A DNA stretch of 64,000 bases from Catajapyx aquilonaris. Its lineage: Eukaryota. Of the stretch, positions 33,101-46,800 are shown piece after piece (the first letter of the stretch is position 1; each line of letters starts with the position of its first letter). Below the pieces are notes generated by a model. It saw only the letters and a program-made list of their open reading frames with translations. It was not told the origin of the DNA and searched no databases. The DNA lies in the NCBI GenBank assembly GCA_000934665.2, contig KZ538199.1:1-64000 (forward strand), written 5' to 3'. The translations under genes and the position numbers were made by a program.

Positions 33101-36100
33101 TCCGCCAGCTCGGTCCTATAGAGACGGGCGGCCAGGTCGGTTGGGCACATTCATGGCGCGGATCATAATTTGGCATCACCTTATATTCATGGCGATTCAA
33201 ACTCATGGGTTTTGATATATGCTGGGATATGCGCGGTTGGCAAACACCGCCTGTGTGCGCGGAATATGCAATGTACGGGGTCAGGTCTAGTTAATTGCGA
33301 GTGACTAAGGAGATGCGAGATTATTCGTCAAGTCGGCACGAACCATGCCAAGATTGTTGATACACAAACGTACAGTGATGGGTTGGGCTTGTAACGCAGC
33401 TGAACGTGTTCTCTAGCGGGGTAGTGGGATCAATAGATTCATAGTATCCGGAACAGCTGTATAGAATGTAAACAGAGTTAACTCTTGGCGTGCATGTGCA
33501 CATGGCTGCTCAGGTGTGTATGTTAGTCATATTGTTTTAATAAACAACGTCCGTTAGGTGGTAGGGCGGACCATCTCCGCGGGCTACATGGGAAGCCCCT
33601 TTTTTGTAGTAGTACTTGAAGTATAATGTGTGTGTACTCTGAACCAAGAGAACCGAGTGAAACAGGAGAATAAGAAGCCGAAGAAAAAAAAAATCGAGTG
33701 CCTTCACAGACCGAGTGGTACAAATGGGTCTGTTTCGGGCCCGCAGCTATTGGTACAACTTATTGTGTTGAATTGGGCACTTGGAGAGTCCACTTAGTCC
33801 TGAGCATCTCTTCTGGACCCGGTTACAAAGGAAGGTGCGGGTATATAAATTTCCCGCCTGAAAACCCCTTTCAAGGATTGTTCCTCGAAGGCCGTCAAAG
33901 GATATATATGGAGTGCACTGGGAAAAGCAGCAGCAAAGACACAGGAGGGGGAAATCAATATATCTGAGCCGTGTATATCAGGGGTGGTGGCTGAAAAGGT
34001 AAATGTGGGAGAGTGTTCTCGGCGGAGTTGTCAGCACGCGCCTTTGTGGGTTCTTGGTTCGCGGTTAAATGGCTTCATCAAGAAGACTGATTACCGATCG
34101 TAACCACAAAGCCTGGGAAGATGTCGCCCATTCCCGCTTCCCAACACCCGCCGGGAAATTGTATTACTATTCCCGAAGCCCTCCCCCTGAAACTTTTTTG
34201 AAGGAGGGTTAGAAAAGAGCAGGAGGGGTGGGCCATGCCCCCCCCCNTCCCCCACTTTTTTACCAAAAGGTGGAAGTGGCGTGTTCTTTTGATAGCCGAT
34301 GAATTGGAGGGCGGGCTGCGGTATTTTTCAACTCCGGACTGGGCCCCCCGGATGGAATGACCATATTAGTGCCAAGTGCTGGGGAAGGATGGAGATGAAG
34401 TGGGCTGCGTCATTAGTATAGCCAGGCCCTTTTTCGCTTCTTAGCCTTGATGAATCCAAGATTATGCAAACATTTGAGACGTTCGGGCCTTTAGGGCTTG
34501 GGTGACAGTCACACGTGGGTTAATTTCTGAGACAGCCTGTTAGGTCATGAATGGAAGTGCATCTGCAGTGTCTCCATATAGGACCCGGGGGCGCCTTCCA
34601 ACGCAGTAATTAAAATTCAGGGAGGGATCCGCGGGATCATTAGGGGGGTGGTTTGCAGCCGCGTCTGAAATGGAAGCAGCGTTCCTTTTGATGGTAGGCC
34701 CGGGCCGAAAGGGTCTGTTTGTGTGTGTCTCTCTCTCTCCCCCAGCTTTTGTTTTCTCATCGGGGAAGCCAGCCAGCGTGTGTGTCGGCTGGGCCATGAG
34801 TGTGTGGCAGGCTTGATACGCCCCGCGGGGCGAATGCGGCAGCTTCAGTAGCCCATGCATGCGGCCCTCAGATGATAGTCCTACTTGTCCCACGTGTGGC
34901 CTCATTAGCTCCGCCCGTTTTCCCAAAGTAATGAGCTGTTGATTTATCTTTACAAGGCTGGAATCGCCTCTGCCCGCCGCATGCATTAGCCCGAGTTGCC
35001 TTTCTTGATCCCACCTATTGTGCCACTTGATATCCGTCCTTGTCGTTCGTGCAAAAAATTGCGCTCATTTTGATGGGACGCACGTGCCCGGCTTGCAGAT
35101 GATGGTGTGTACACATCCCACCTGAATGCAAACATGTCGGACTCAGGGAAAAAGCGAATGTGTCAAAAAGTGCGGGCGATATGCACGTCATATGTTGGGG
35201 GGGGGGGGGGAGCTTGAAATATGCATATCGGTTGTGGCCAGCGTTTCTCACCGGGTTGTGGAAGCAATACAAGAACAAACTATCAGCGCCTGCCACATTG
35301 CCCGCGGGGCCTTGACAACTTTATGCAAATGGGGCAGATAATTTTCGATGCTCAACTTTTTTTTTTCCTGGCCATCGTATGAACTGGAACGGGAAATATT
35401 CGCCTCGTCGATCCATAAAGCGATGTGGACCTTATCCGGCTCGCATAATACTCACTGGGAAATGTCTCATAATCATGAAAACGCGGTAGATAATGGGGAA
35501 ATATTGGTGGATTTTTAATCTCAACAATAGGCCAATGTCCTGTGCAGGACATTTGATGACCCGTGTCCATCACGCGTTACAGCAAATTCTATGCCCCGCG
35601 GTCTGACACCGCATGCCATTTGGCCACTATATACGAGCGCCTTTTTAGATTATAATATTATTAACGTTAACACGTTACGCATGACTGGCGCGGCATCCGT
35701 ATAGGAACGGGCGCGGCAATATTGAACGCGATTAATTTTTGTGAAAATCTGATTCCAGCGCCACGCGTCAATATTCCCGTCTGACCATATATGATGCCGC
35801 GGGGAAAATCTGCCTTGGGATTATTGGCGCAACAGTGTATGTAGAGCTATAGGTGATAATAGATGTGGAGGGCAGAGTTGGGCCTAGCTAATCCGGAGGA
35901 TCGAGGCTTGCTGAACTGGGGCTTGGCAACAGCAGTCGAGTGTGTGTGTGTGCATGTATGTGGGTGGGGGGGAAGGGGGATGGGGGTGGTATATAGAGCA
36001 GCAGAGCAGACAGGCAATCCCATCCCCAAACTATTACACAGCAGATTGACGCCCGATTGTCACTCCGATTAATCAAAATGAGATGCGCAAACAGTAATTG

Positions 36101-39100
36101 ACATTGAAATTGCCCATATAGGCTCCATTATTCCAGCAGGCCACTTTTAATATTATAAGCGAGCTGCGAGCCGGCCCTGTAATACTATTAATGGCCGCAT
36201 AGCGATTATTTGGGGGCGTGTGTGTGTATGTGGAGGATATGTGTGCGAGTAGGTGGGTTGGAAAGGGGGACATATGGGATTACGCGTGTCCGTGTTGATG
36301 AACCAAGTAATGATGGCAGCCTTTGAAACGCGCGGGATTAAGCCATGGGGGGTAGGGGGTGGGCGGGGAACATGATTAGGGATGATTGTAATAAAAGTGC
36401 TCACCTATATGGATCGGGTGCTGGGTTCTTATTGCCCACCCTCCTTTTTATTAGGTTGCTCCCCGCCAAGTTGGGATTGTTTCACCCACCCCAAACCCCC
36501 CTCTGGCTGTAGGAGCATTCATATGGTTCATGTGCTTATGGGTTCTGCTTCTAAAAGTGGCACATATATGGCCAGCAACCCCCCTTTGTTTTCAGGCGCA
36601 ATGTTGTGTGTGGAACGTAATCAGAAGGACAAAAGGCCGCAGTGCCCTTCAACTGGACGCGCGTCAAGCCTCTATATACTCGACATTCAGTGACTATTGC
36701 CTAATAACTGCAGGGCCAGTATTGAAAGCCACACGTCATTCCCGCTGGGTGGATGCGTGGATTATCTCTGCGGGGTCTCAGACTCGGGTGCTTGGGTCAG
36801 TGCATCCACACTGGTACACTGGGCCCAAACTGCAGTGTATATATGCTCTAAAGTTGGTAACGACGTGGCTATGCGACCTGTCTCGTTGTCGTCATGTTGA
36901 TTGATGAGAGTTATATTCGAGCTCGCTTATAATTGAGTATGTAGCCTATTTACTCTCAACCGCGAATGGCTCCATGTAACCATGTCGTGTAATGGAATCG
37001 ATATATTGAATAGCTCAATGTTATATGTAACTATTCGGCTGAGTGATATACATGCAAACACATAGTTTAGTTGCAAGAAAAAGTCCTATTCAGAGCTATA
37101 TGATTAGCGTAGGGTTGCTATGCGCATGGTGAATTGTGTTAAGCCTGCGGTGCAGTGCTGGATGGGGGCAACTTTTAAATTGCAGTAACCGGATTAGGAA
37201 TTAATCTGCGACGTAAATTTTACTTCATCCAGTTCTGCGGAATTTTGTATGGTAGGATGGCCCAGTACTGCACTGCGGAAATGAAAATATTTAATAGCTA
37301 TTAACTAGGTACAGTATTGTAAGACGCGGTAATACGTAAACCGCGAGTAAATTTGAATTCAGGCGAGGTGTATTGTGGGTGTACTGTACAATTAAGTTGC
37401 ACGAGTTGTTCGGGGATCGCAGACCCGTCACCACGCATGCCATAACTTACAGTGTACAGTTTGATTTTGGTGCCGATACGAGTAACATTTCACAGCCTGT
37501 TTAGAACCGTACGAAAACAATGAGGCTTTTGTATAAAGCTATTGTTTTCATTCCTAATTATGAGTTGTTTGCATGAGCACGTTGTGATAAACGATTGCAC
37601 ATCGTTTGTGAATACCCTGAGCTGCAAATTTTGTTGTCGATGTGATGGATCTCACGCGCATTGAACCTCCAGCTGCTTCCTAATGGAAAATTCTCCGGTT
37701 CAATTAACAGGTCATTATTAATATTTTGCAAGTGCAGGGGCGTTTAATTGGATGAAACAAAAGCACAAAAGAGAGGCGCATTCCAGCTCGCATTACCCTG
37801 GTGGCCGTTGCTGCACCAACCCCACAAAATGCACAACCAACACTGTGACGCCAACTGACCCAGATAAAGTCGCAACACTGGTAGTGCCTGCCACCCCATC
37901 CCTCCCATCAATCCAGCCACCTCTTGGCTATGCTTGTGCGACTATTCGCCCACCCTCTCATGAGTGGCATGCAAATGAAGCCACCCAGTCCTCCCTCAGG
38001 CGAGTAGTCAACAGGCGTGATCAATCCATTATAGTTGGGGGATGCGTACTGATACACTCCTTTTCCCTCCCCGGGTCTCTCTCCCCACCCCACCCCTCCC
38101 AGTGCACATCACACATGTGATTCAGCATCCCACACAATAGGGGGTTGAGGGAGAGAGGAAGGGGGAGCTGCCGACGTCCCACATTGTCGACGACGCCCGC
38201 CTGCAGCCAGCGACGTCGCCGGCGCCGCGGGAAGCGCTCTAATTGCCCCCCCCCCCCAACCACCCCTCCCTTTCCTCCTTCCCCCTACCCCTGCTGCACA
38301 CCACAGACACATTCTGCATGCATCGCCAGCCTCACTTTTGGAAGGGGGGGACAATAGAACCACCCTCTACACTTCCATTCTGCATGTCTAGCCGGATTTT
38401 GCCGTCTTTATAAATACAAGCTCCCACGGACGTCCACAAGGATGGCAGGGGGGGTAGAAAGCGGGAACATCGCTTTCAATCAATTGAGCTTATTATCCTG
38501 GCAATTTTCAACTGATTAGAGCCTCGCATTCTGTGCAAACTTGGGCTGTCAGAAGCGCGCACCGGGTGCGGTGCTGGGTGTTTTGACCTCTTGCCTATCC
38601 TGGGCGTTAGATTTCCGTGCGGACAGATGAGGCTTGGTGGGGGTACCCCTGAACTGGTAGGATAACTGGGCGAGTTGAACGGTATTTTATTAGCTCCCTA
38701 GTTTAATCCGGATTATGCCGATCTGCGGTATTTCCCCCATGGCATTGATTGATTGGTTGATATTTTAATGGCATAAAAGGCGACTGCAATGCAGGCAGTT
38801 GCTACGTCGTATAAACTACCGGATGTGTTAAAAAAGAGTTGGGAGCAATCTGAGCCGGAATTGGTTCTCCTTGGACAATAGGAAGCTCGGCGTGGACCTT
38901 GTCCTTTTAGCAGATAACGGGGGTGACGATGAACCAGATGCTTGCAGCTATGCGGCAGCTGCGTAAGGGGAAATGATTATGCGGGAGTGTATATAAGGCG
39001 CATAGTGCGTGGAGATTGCGGCGTTAAAATCCCAGTTGGAAGTCGTTTTCCGGCCAGGGTGATTAGGAGTTACTGGGTGAGGAGGGAGCACCTCTTTCTC

Positions 39101-39686
39101 GGCTTTTTTTTAAAGGGAGGGGTGATGGTGGTCCTTTTTGGAGTTGGCCACATGACACTAACTTCCAACCTGCGTCAGCACGCAGCTTGGTCCTCTTTTG
39201 TTTCCAGCTCTGGATTTACAATCCATAAAGGGCGTTTTGGGCGTGTGTAGGACGCGCACTGCCAGACTCAAACAAAACATAAACCAAGTCCCCTCTGCAG
39301 CGGCTTTTTACGACGGCTTTTTTTTCTCTCCAAAAGAGATAGAGAGAAGCGACCCCCCCCCCCACCCACCCATCTCCACACCCCCTTCTTTACAGAAAAA
39401 AAAAGGGCTGCAGCCAGTTGTCGGCCGGCAAGGCGGATCTGTCTTCTTTCCTTATCCTTATTCTTACCCCCTTCTTTTCTGGGTTTCTTCTTTTTTGGGT
39501 CCCCTCTCATCCCACTGGGTCGTAAAAATGGTGGGGGCTGGGATCATTAGACAGGAGGCGGTGGGGCACGTGTTGGGCCTAAGTCAATCAAACTAAGTCG
39601 CGCGTGCTTTACGAGCGACTGGCAACCTAAACGGCATTTGCAGCCCTTTTACTCAGCCCTTAAAAAAGCCCTGTTGGCAGCCCCCC

Positions 39687-39715
39687 NNNNNNNNNNNNNN
39701 NNNNNNNNNNNNNNN
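39687..39715. other. Assembly gap (N run) inside a poly-C tract
   Basis: 29 N bases. Confidence 1.
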
Positions 39716-40465
39716 CCCCCCCCCCCCCACCCCCGAAAAGAATCGGGGGCCCGAACCCCTCTCGGCGAGACGCGGGGGTAGGTGATTTGTACCGGATTGT
39801 TGGAGTTTGCGAGGTGTTTGCGACTTGAGTGCTGCCTGGCTTCGTATATGGCGGTGTGGAGATGTCAGGGTTAGCCGGCCGGCATGTCTCAAATGATCCG
39901 AGGCACATGGGGCTTCAGCAGACTGTATATATGGGGAACGTGGTAGTCACAAGTCGGGGGAGTGTCAGTTTGGGTTTTTGCAGGGGAAAATCGGGGTGTG
40001 GGATAACACGCGTGAAGACAGGTTTCTTCGTTAGGTAAGAAGTGTCCTCGGTACGCGCAACCGGCTTTTTTTTAAATGCAAGGTAATTGGCAATTGCGGT
40101 TGGGGACTTTGGCCAAAAGGGTTGTTTGGCAACTCGTGTGCTACACCACTTTTGATGGCCGTCAAGTATACAAGTGAAGCATTTCTCTATTGAGGCCCCT
40201 CATATACTGCTTGCCACAAATTGGCCTTAGGGAGCGGTTCTGGTGCTTCGCTAATGATGACGTGTGTGACAGTAAAAACGGCAGAATTACGAGAGTAAAC
40301 AAACTCCGGGTCCGTTAATTCATACCGAGAACGCAACTCCGCCAGTCAACATGGTTACGTGACCAAATAGCTGAACCACACTCCACTCTTTTTCGATGGT
40401 CGCCATCAAAGAGGGGGGTCTCTATTAGAAACAGTGGGTGAAGCATGGACCGTCTCTTCCAGATA

Positions 40466-40884
40466 CAGGGTGATTCCAGTATCTTTGGCAAAAATCACAG
40501 GGTGGGTAGAGGCCCCATAGGCAAGTATTTTGAGCTTCGGTACCCATGTCCGGAAATGCCCCCATACGGCGGTACGGCCGTTTCACCTTTAGTATGTTGC
40601 GCCTGGTGGGTAGGCAACCCATCATATTCGAAGGTTGCGTTCATCAGGTTTTGCACTTGACACTCGCAATTGTTTTTACCTTCGTCTCATCCACACGCGA
40701 CACACCTGATGAACGCAAGTTTCGAGTACGGTGGGTTGCCTACCCACCAGGCGCAACAGACCAAAGGTGGAAACGGCCGCACGTACGGGGGCATTTCCGG
40801 ACATGGGTACCGAAGCGCAAAATACTTGCCTATGGGGCCTCGACCCACCCTGTGATTTTTGCCAACGTTGACGGAATCACCCTG
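40466..40884. mobile_element. Palindromic Tc1/mariner-type MITE
   Basis: TA|CAGGGTGATTCC...GGAATCACCCTG|TA. Arms 40466-40649 and 40704-40884 are complementary along nearly their full length. TA duplication at 40464-40465 and 40885-40886. Confidence 0.92.
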
Positions 40885-43800
40885 TATATCGACCTACTGT
40901 ACAACCGTGAGATTTGTTCCCATGACCGAATAAGCTAGTGCCCACACGAGCTGCATAGGAAATCCAGTAAAACTGGCTTCAGCTTGCAAAACGCTGGTTA
41001 CGTTTCCCCCCCTCTATTTAATGCGTGTCAGGAAGAACTCGCATGAATCCTGAATCAGTTCCATTTAGCCTCTTCATATTTTTGAGCTTGGCTTGGTGCG
41101 CAAGTACTATGCATCGGAAAAGCGCTGCTGGTAGACGGCAGCACTTAACCTGAAAGATTAATGCGAAGCATGTCCTTATTACACACGCGTGCATGCACCC
41201 CAATGCTAAACGCAGGCTAAAACGGAGGGTGGGAGAGAGAACCAGGAGGGGTGGGGGAGAAAGAGGAATTATGCATACCCCACATATGAAGGATGACTGC
41301 ACACATACACACGTATTCACATGTACGTCTTCTGGTCCCATGGAAAACCTCCAATGTGACAATGGGGACTTGTGTTTAAATAACCACGCGGGGGCCACGC
41401 CCATGATAAAAATGGGAGAGGAGGACTGGGGGAGGTAAAGTGCATAAGTGGATGGGTGATACATGAGCCTTCCCGGAGGAGCATGTGGAATTACTTCAGC
41501 TGCCCGCTGGAGTGTTAATTGTTCCATTTTGCAGCGTTCGTCATGAGTGCCGTGATGTATGGCGCCATGCAACACTGAGGAGGAGGGGGGAAAATGAGCT
41601 AGCGCCTAGTGTACGGGGGTAAAGAGCAGGGGGTGGAGGGGTGAAGAGAAGGTTGCATGGGTTTCAGAGCTGGGGGGACATGTCGCCACCATGCACTGCT
41701 ATTTATCCAGTGGGCAGAATAGGTGGGGGCTCAATGAGCGGGGATTGTTGACAGGTCGGCTGTCATCGCTGAGCCTAGTTCGGCGTCAGAGTGGGTGCTG
41801 CTATTCGGTTCAAACTGGGGTTTGCTCTTTTGTCCCTTCTAAATTAATGACGCGGCTGAACTTGTTGAAATTTAATGATGTAATATTGCAAGTGGCGTGT
41901 TGGGCGCATATTGTGAGTCAGCTGTCGATCCGGGTGAAGACCTGACGGCAGGGCTTTTGGGTGTCCAGGTCAAAAACTGCTTTTTACATTGACATGCTCT
42001 GAATCGGTCCATTAGCGTCTATGGCGGGAGCAAAATAAGCAATGAAAAATAATTTGGCTAAATGCGAGCCTTATTGCATTTGTTATGAGCAGTTCCAGTG
42101 AACAAGCGCGACGTAAATCACAATGATACACTGCACTATATAGACGTCAGGTTAGGCACGGGGATAAACACTCCCCTTATGCTACTTGACATGAATGATC
42201 TATCGGCTTGATCTAGGCGGGTAATTCCAATCCAGTTTGCGTTAATGCGTTTTCTCTGCAGATAACCGTGCATTTATATGCAAATAACCCTTTTGTTCCA
42301 TTCCTCGAATTGGGAAGACGCACGATAACTTGCATTATAGCCGGCGCGTGCGGAGCTTTTATTGCACTGCACATATCTAAATCAAGATGCAGATTTTTAA
42401 AAAATTCGGACCCGGTCATGACCAAGTGCAACTGGGTGTGACGAATGTTTTTATTTCCCTCCTGGGGTTAGGATGCAGTTGAACAGGGTGCAGCCGACAT
42501 GCTTCAAGCACCGGCGATTTCCAACAAAAGTCGCATGGACAGATTGCAACTTGCAACTGTTACAATTGCTCCGAGCATGCCACAGTGTGCGGCAAATAAA
42601 CAACCGGGCTCGTCCCATTAGCAAGTCATGGGTGTTTACATAGGGCCTCACCCACTGACCGATACCCACCAGCAGATTAACACGCGAATCCGTGTCACCT
42701 TTTTTTCCCCCCCTCATCACATTCAAATGACGAAGGAGCGCGGAAAAATAAAGAAGTGTCATCGGTTGTGAGTGACGTGTTAAAAGAGGCACATTCCATC
42801 CGGGACGCATTCACACGCCCTGATTTCATAGGGGTGTCCTCTCCTGACTGTCGAGCGATGTGACGACGAGAAGAAGAAGAAAAAAAAGTAATGACTGCGG
42901 CCTTTTCACAGGGGGGCGCACAAAAGGAAGGAGAAACGCGATATGGTTTTAATTCTCGATCTAAAAAAAAATGTGTATAGGAGTGGAAACATCTCGTCGT
43001 AATTCCCTCCCGCAGTAATAATCTAAGCTCGGGGAGTGACAGCGGAATAACGGGGTCGCTGGGGAATCCATTCGAAAAAACTTATCAGGGCTCATTTGCA
43101 TAAAAATTGTCGGTGGAGAAATGCTGTGCGAAGGGAAGACGACTGGCGCTTCCACCTCGTAACTCCTGCTTTATGTTGTTCTGTTTCAAATCCTCCATAA
43201 AAACTCGGGGGCCGCGCCATATTCAAGCTACACTGCCCCACAAGAGGAGGGGGGAGTGTTATTATTATTATTACGCCCGGATTTGCATAACTTGGGAGGC
43301 TCAAAGGTTATTTCACGCCAATAATAAGACTCCTGTCATCACAGCGGAGGAAAAGGTTGGCAGTCTGCGAAATTTTCTCAGCTGCCCAGCACTCAGACGT
43401 TTACGGCCGGCATGGTATACGAGTGTGCAGGGGTGGGGGACGACGGGAATGGCCCTAGCATAATCCTTTCATTAAACATTGTTCGTGCATTAATTAAAAC
43501 CATATAGAGGCTGCATATAGCGTGCTGTTCTGGAGCTGCACACGTAAGGATTTGCATTGACAGCGTAATTTTTTAGCGAGTGAGTCATGCTGTAATGTGT
43601 GATGGGCTATATCAGCTCTGTGCGCATTGTTGTCAACCGAGCACACTGTGTATTAACCTCGTATACATCACTGAGCAGAAGGTAGATACAGTGCCTCGTC
43701 GCACCTGATAGGGGGAAATGGATTTTAAGAATGATTTGTGTTCGCCTGCCTGTTGCTCGTGTATACTGTACGTATATGAGGGGATGGTATACTGCCATTG

Positions 43801-46800
43801 AACTATGGCGTACGCCACATAAAATATGTCAGAACTTTTGTTCACTTTCGACCTGTATGACTATTCAATACGAGCGCGCAATATGGTGCGAGCTAATCAC
43901 ACAACAGTTGCTAGGTGCGGTAATTGCATCCGGACATGAACATAGTGTGAGGTATTGGCCGGTCAGGATACGGCTGTAGAGTTGGGAGTGACAGGAAGGA
44001 AAACAACAATGCCGGTGCTAAAGAGGTCTCATGTGACAGCCAAGTAGTATTTGGAAGGCCGTAAGTCAGTGTACCGTAGATGGCAATCGAGAGTCCGCGC
44101 TGGCAGGCCGACTTGTAGATAGGTCCTATCTACATTTATCGTGGTCGTTTGAACGTGTGACAGATACAGGCAGGTAGCACGCGACGCGTCCTTTTGCCCG
44201 GGACTCCGTCACAGGTGACGGCGCACGGCAAGTCGTAAATATGCCCCGCTGCTATTTACGGCGCTGATAGTTCATCTTCACCTGTATCGCACAAAGGACC
44301 TAATTAAAGTCTAAGTGAGCCCGTCTGTTAAAACCCGCCTGGTTGACTCTTGCGTTGTATGATCTCCCCCCCCCCTCCCCCCTCCCCATTCTTTTGGGGG
44401 ATGGATGGACTTTTTGTCGTTCAGTTCGTGACAGCGGCTGATATGCTAAGTAGGTGGGAGAGAATTGATTCAGGTAACTATTATACCGTATGCTGTGGTT
44501 GGATATATTCCTGCATGTGTTAACTTATACCTGCCGGGTGTGGTTTATAGGGCGGATGGCCTTTTTTTTTAAAAAAAAAAAAAACGGCAGAGGTCGTAGG
44601 GTTCCGAGTTGTAAACGTCATTTCAGTCTTAAATGTCGTACATGACACGGGGCCGCTTCTGTCACTGTCGTATTCTGGGATTTTTCTTTAGTGTCAAGTT
44701 TATGGTGCAGTGAGTTCTCAGAAATCTTGCCATTGCAGGACGGTACATTTTTCATCTCGTGCCAGGGAAGGCGTGCTTTGGGGGAGGGGGGGGGGAGGAG
44801 GAGGAGGGACGAAATATTTTAAACATCTGTGCTCAACCGGTTGTCAGCGTCTGGCGAAGCACATATTTGTCAATTTAATATCGCGCAAATATTTTTGTGA
44901 CATGCTGTTCAATGAAACTCTGTGTATATGACAAGAGTATGCTTCCAGCATTTGACTGGAGTGGAGCCGGAGCCGCATTTAGGAAGCGGATTTCCACGTG
45001 GAAGGGAACCAGTGGACGTGTAGCGGAGATAGCAGGACATTTTGTCACCAAGTGTAGAATTGGCAAGCCGAGGGAGATTAATGTGAGGCCGGTACTCGCA
45101 ACATCGTCGACTGCACCCCCGCAGAAGGCCGGAACATGCTCGGGGAGAATGGGTTGCAAGTTAAGCGTGCCATGGGTATATATAGTGCTTGGAGTCGTGG
45201 AAGTCGACAGGATCTCCTGGTGAGAGTTTGTCGGGCAAACTTGTAACGAGCACATAGGCATCATAATTTCAGCTTGCGTAATGCGAAAAGGAAGGCGGCT
45301 GATGGCGGGGAAAGGCGTGTTTGGGCGTCACGCTATAATTACCGTGTACAAAGCCGCTATTTATCGCTCTCGCCTTTCCTTCCCTTGCTACAGATCATTG
45401 AAATTAACGAGTGGATGGGGCTTAAGCACATTATCGTTAGTGTTCGGTGGGTCGAGTCCTCCAGGAGCACAAACCCCGGGACCTTCCTCATTCCATCCCC
45501 CCACTTTGCCTGCAGACGGCTTTTATAGGCAAATCCGGTGGTCATTCCCAGCCTCCGGAATGGAGTCGCTAGGGCTCTCCCGGACCCACTTAGGCGGCCT
45601 TATGAATTTCTGCCACTGGCAAGCAAGACACTGGTTTATGACGGCACTGGACGCAATCCGGGTCCCCGTGTCCCCAGCAGGGGGCCATTCCGGATTAACC
45701 AACCTTTAACGTCGCTTCCGAATTGGGTTCGCGCTACCAGAAAATCAGATCGGTCTTATATGGGGCGTAAAATTTAGACCCACTGTTATTATCTGCTCTT
45801 GAAATGCCCAGCTTCCTAAATATGCGATGATGGATGCTGCAGGAGTGGAACAGCACAAATTCAGGGAGGATATGTGCACCAAACTGTAGATACATGTTTT
45901 GGGTGTATTTAAAAAGTTCACACGTGTTGATGGTGGATCTAATGGGAAATAGATGAGGTCTTGGTTGCGTGTCCAAGCAGCAGGAGTTTTAGGGGCAAGA
46001 GAAGTGCGGGCGGGGGCATCCATTGGGCACTTAGGCCATGATGGATGCCAGATCGGGTGAGAAGTGCCAGCGGAGCCCGGGAAGAAATGGAGCTTCGGTC
46101 CCCAAAATCAATCAGGCGTTTCGGGTGTGCAGCCGCATCCATCTCCGCACCGCGATCATCATCAGATGGATCGGGAGAAGCAAACCTCATCCGATTGGCC
46201 CCATTTGATTGCCATTAGCATGGCTAGCCTGATGCAGCTCGGGGAGAAGCTATATGGGACTGCTAATAGGAGTGGAAGGGTGGCCGTCCAAATCAGCTCC
46301 AATCTCTTCAGGCTTCTGACTTACGAGCTTCTTATTACCATTTAGCAGTAGCACCTAGAGAAGTATACAAAAAGATGCGTGTTTTCGCAAGTGGCGTCTA
46401 TTGTGCTGTTCAAGTGCCATCCAAGTCACCCCCCCTCTTCTCCGTTTTTTTATGGGTTGGTGGGCAGTTATGGGCGCCATCCATCCGTGTTGTTGGTTCG
46501 GGCCAAATCGGGGCCCAAATTAAATAAAACATTTTAAAGTTGAAAGCAGGCAGATTTGGATGTCTCAATAAAAATCCGGAGGGAAGGCAACCCCTCTCTC
46601 TCTCTCTCTCGCCGGGGGATAATCTATGTGCGTATATAGACGGCTTACAAGTAAAGCGCCGCTTTGCCATTTTTAGGAGGGCGCCATAAAGAGCCGGGGG
46701 AGAAGAGGGGACAAGAGTTATACGGGCGATCTTCTTTTCACTCCTTCGGCGCATACACAAGAAATCACGTGAAAAGCGGGATTGATTTACAGGCGGGGGG

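Noticed and set aside
37145..37278. Small MITE with 17-bp inverted ends
   Set aside because: Only 14/17 match and no TSD.
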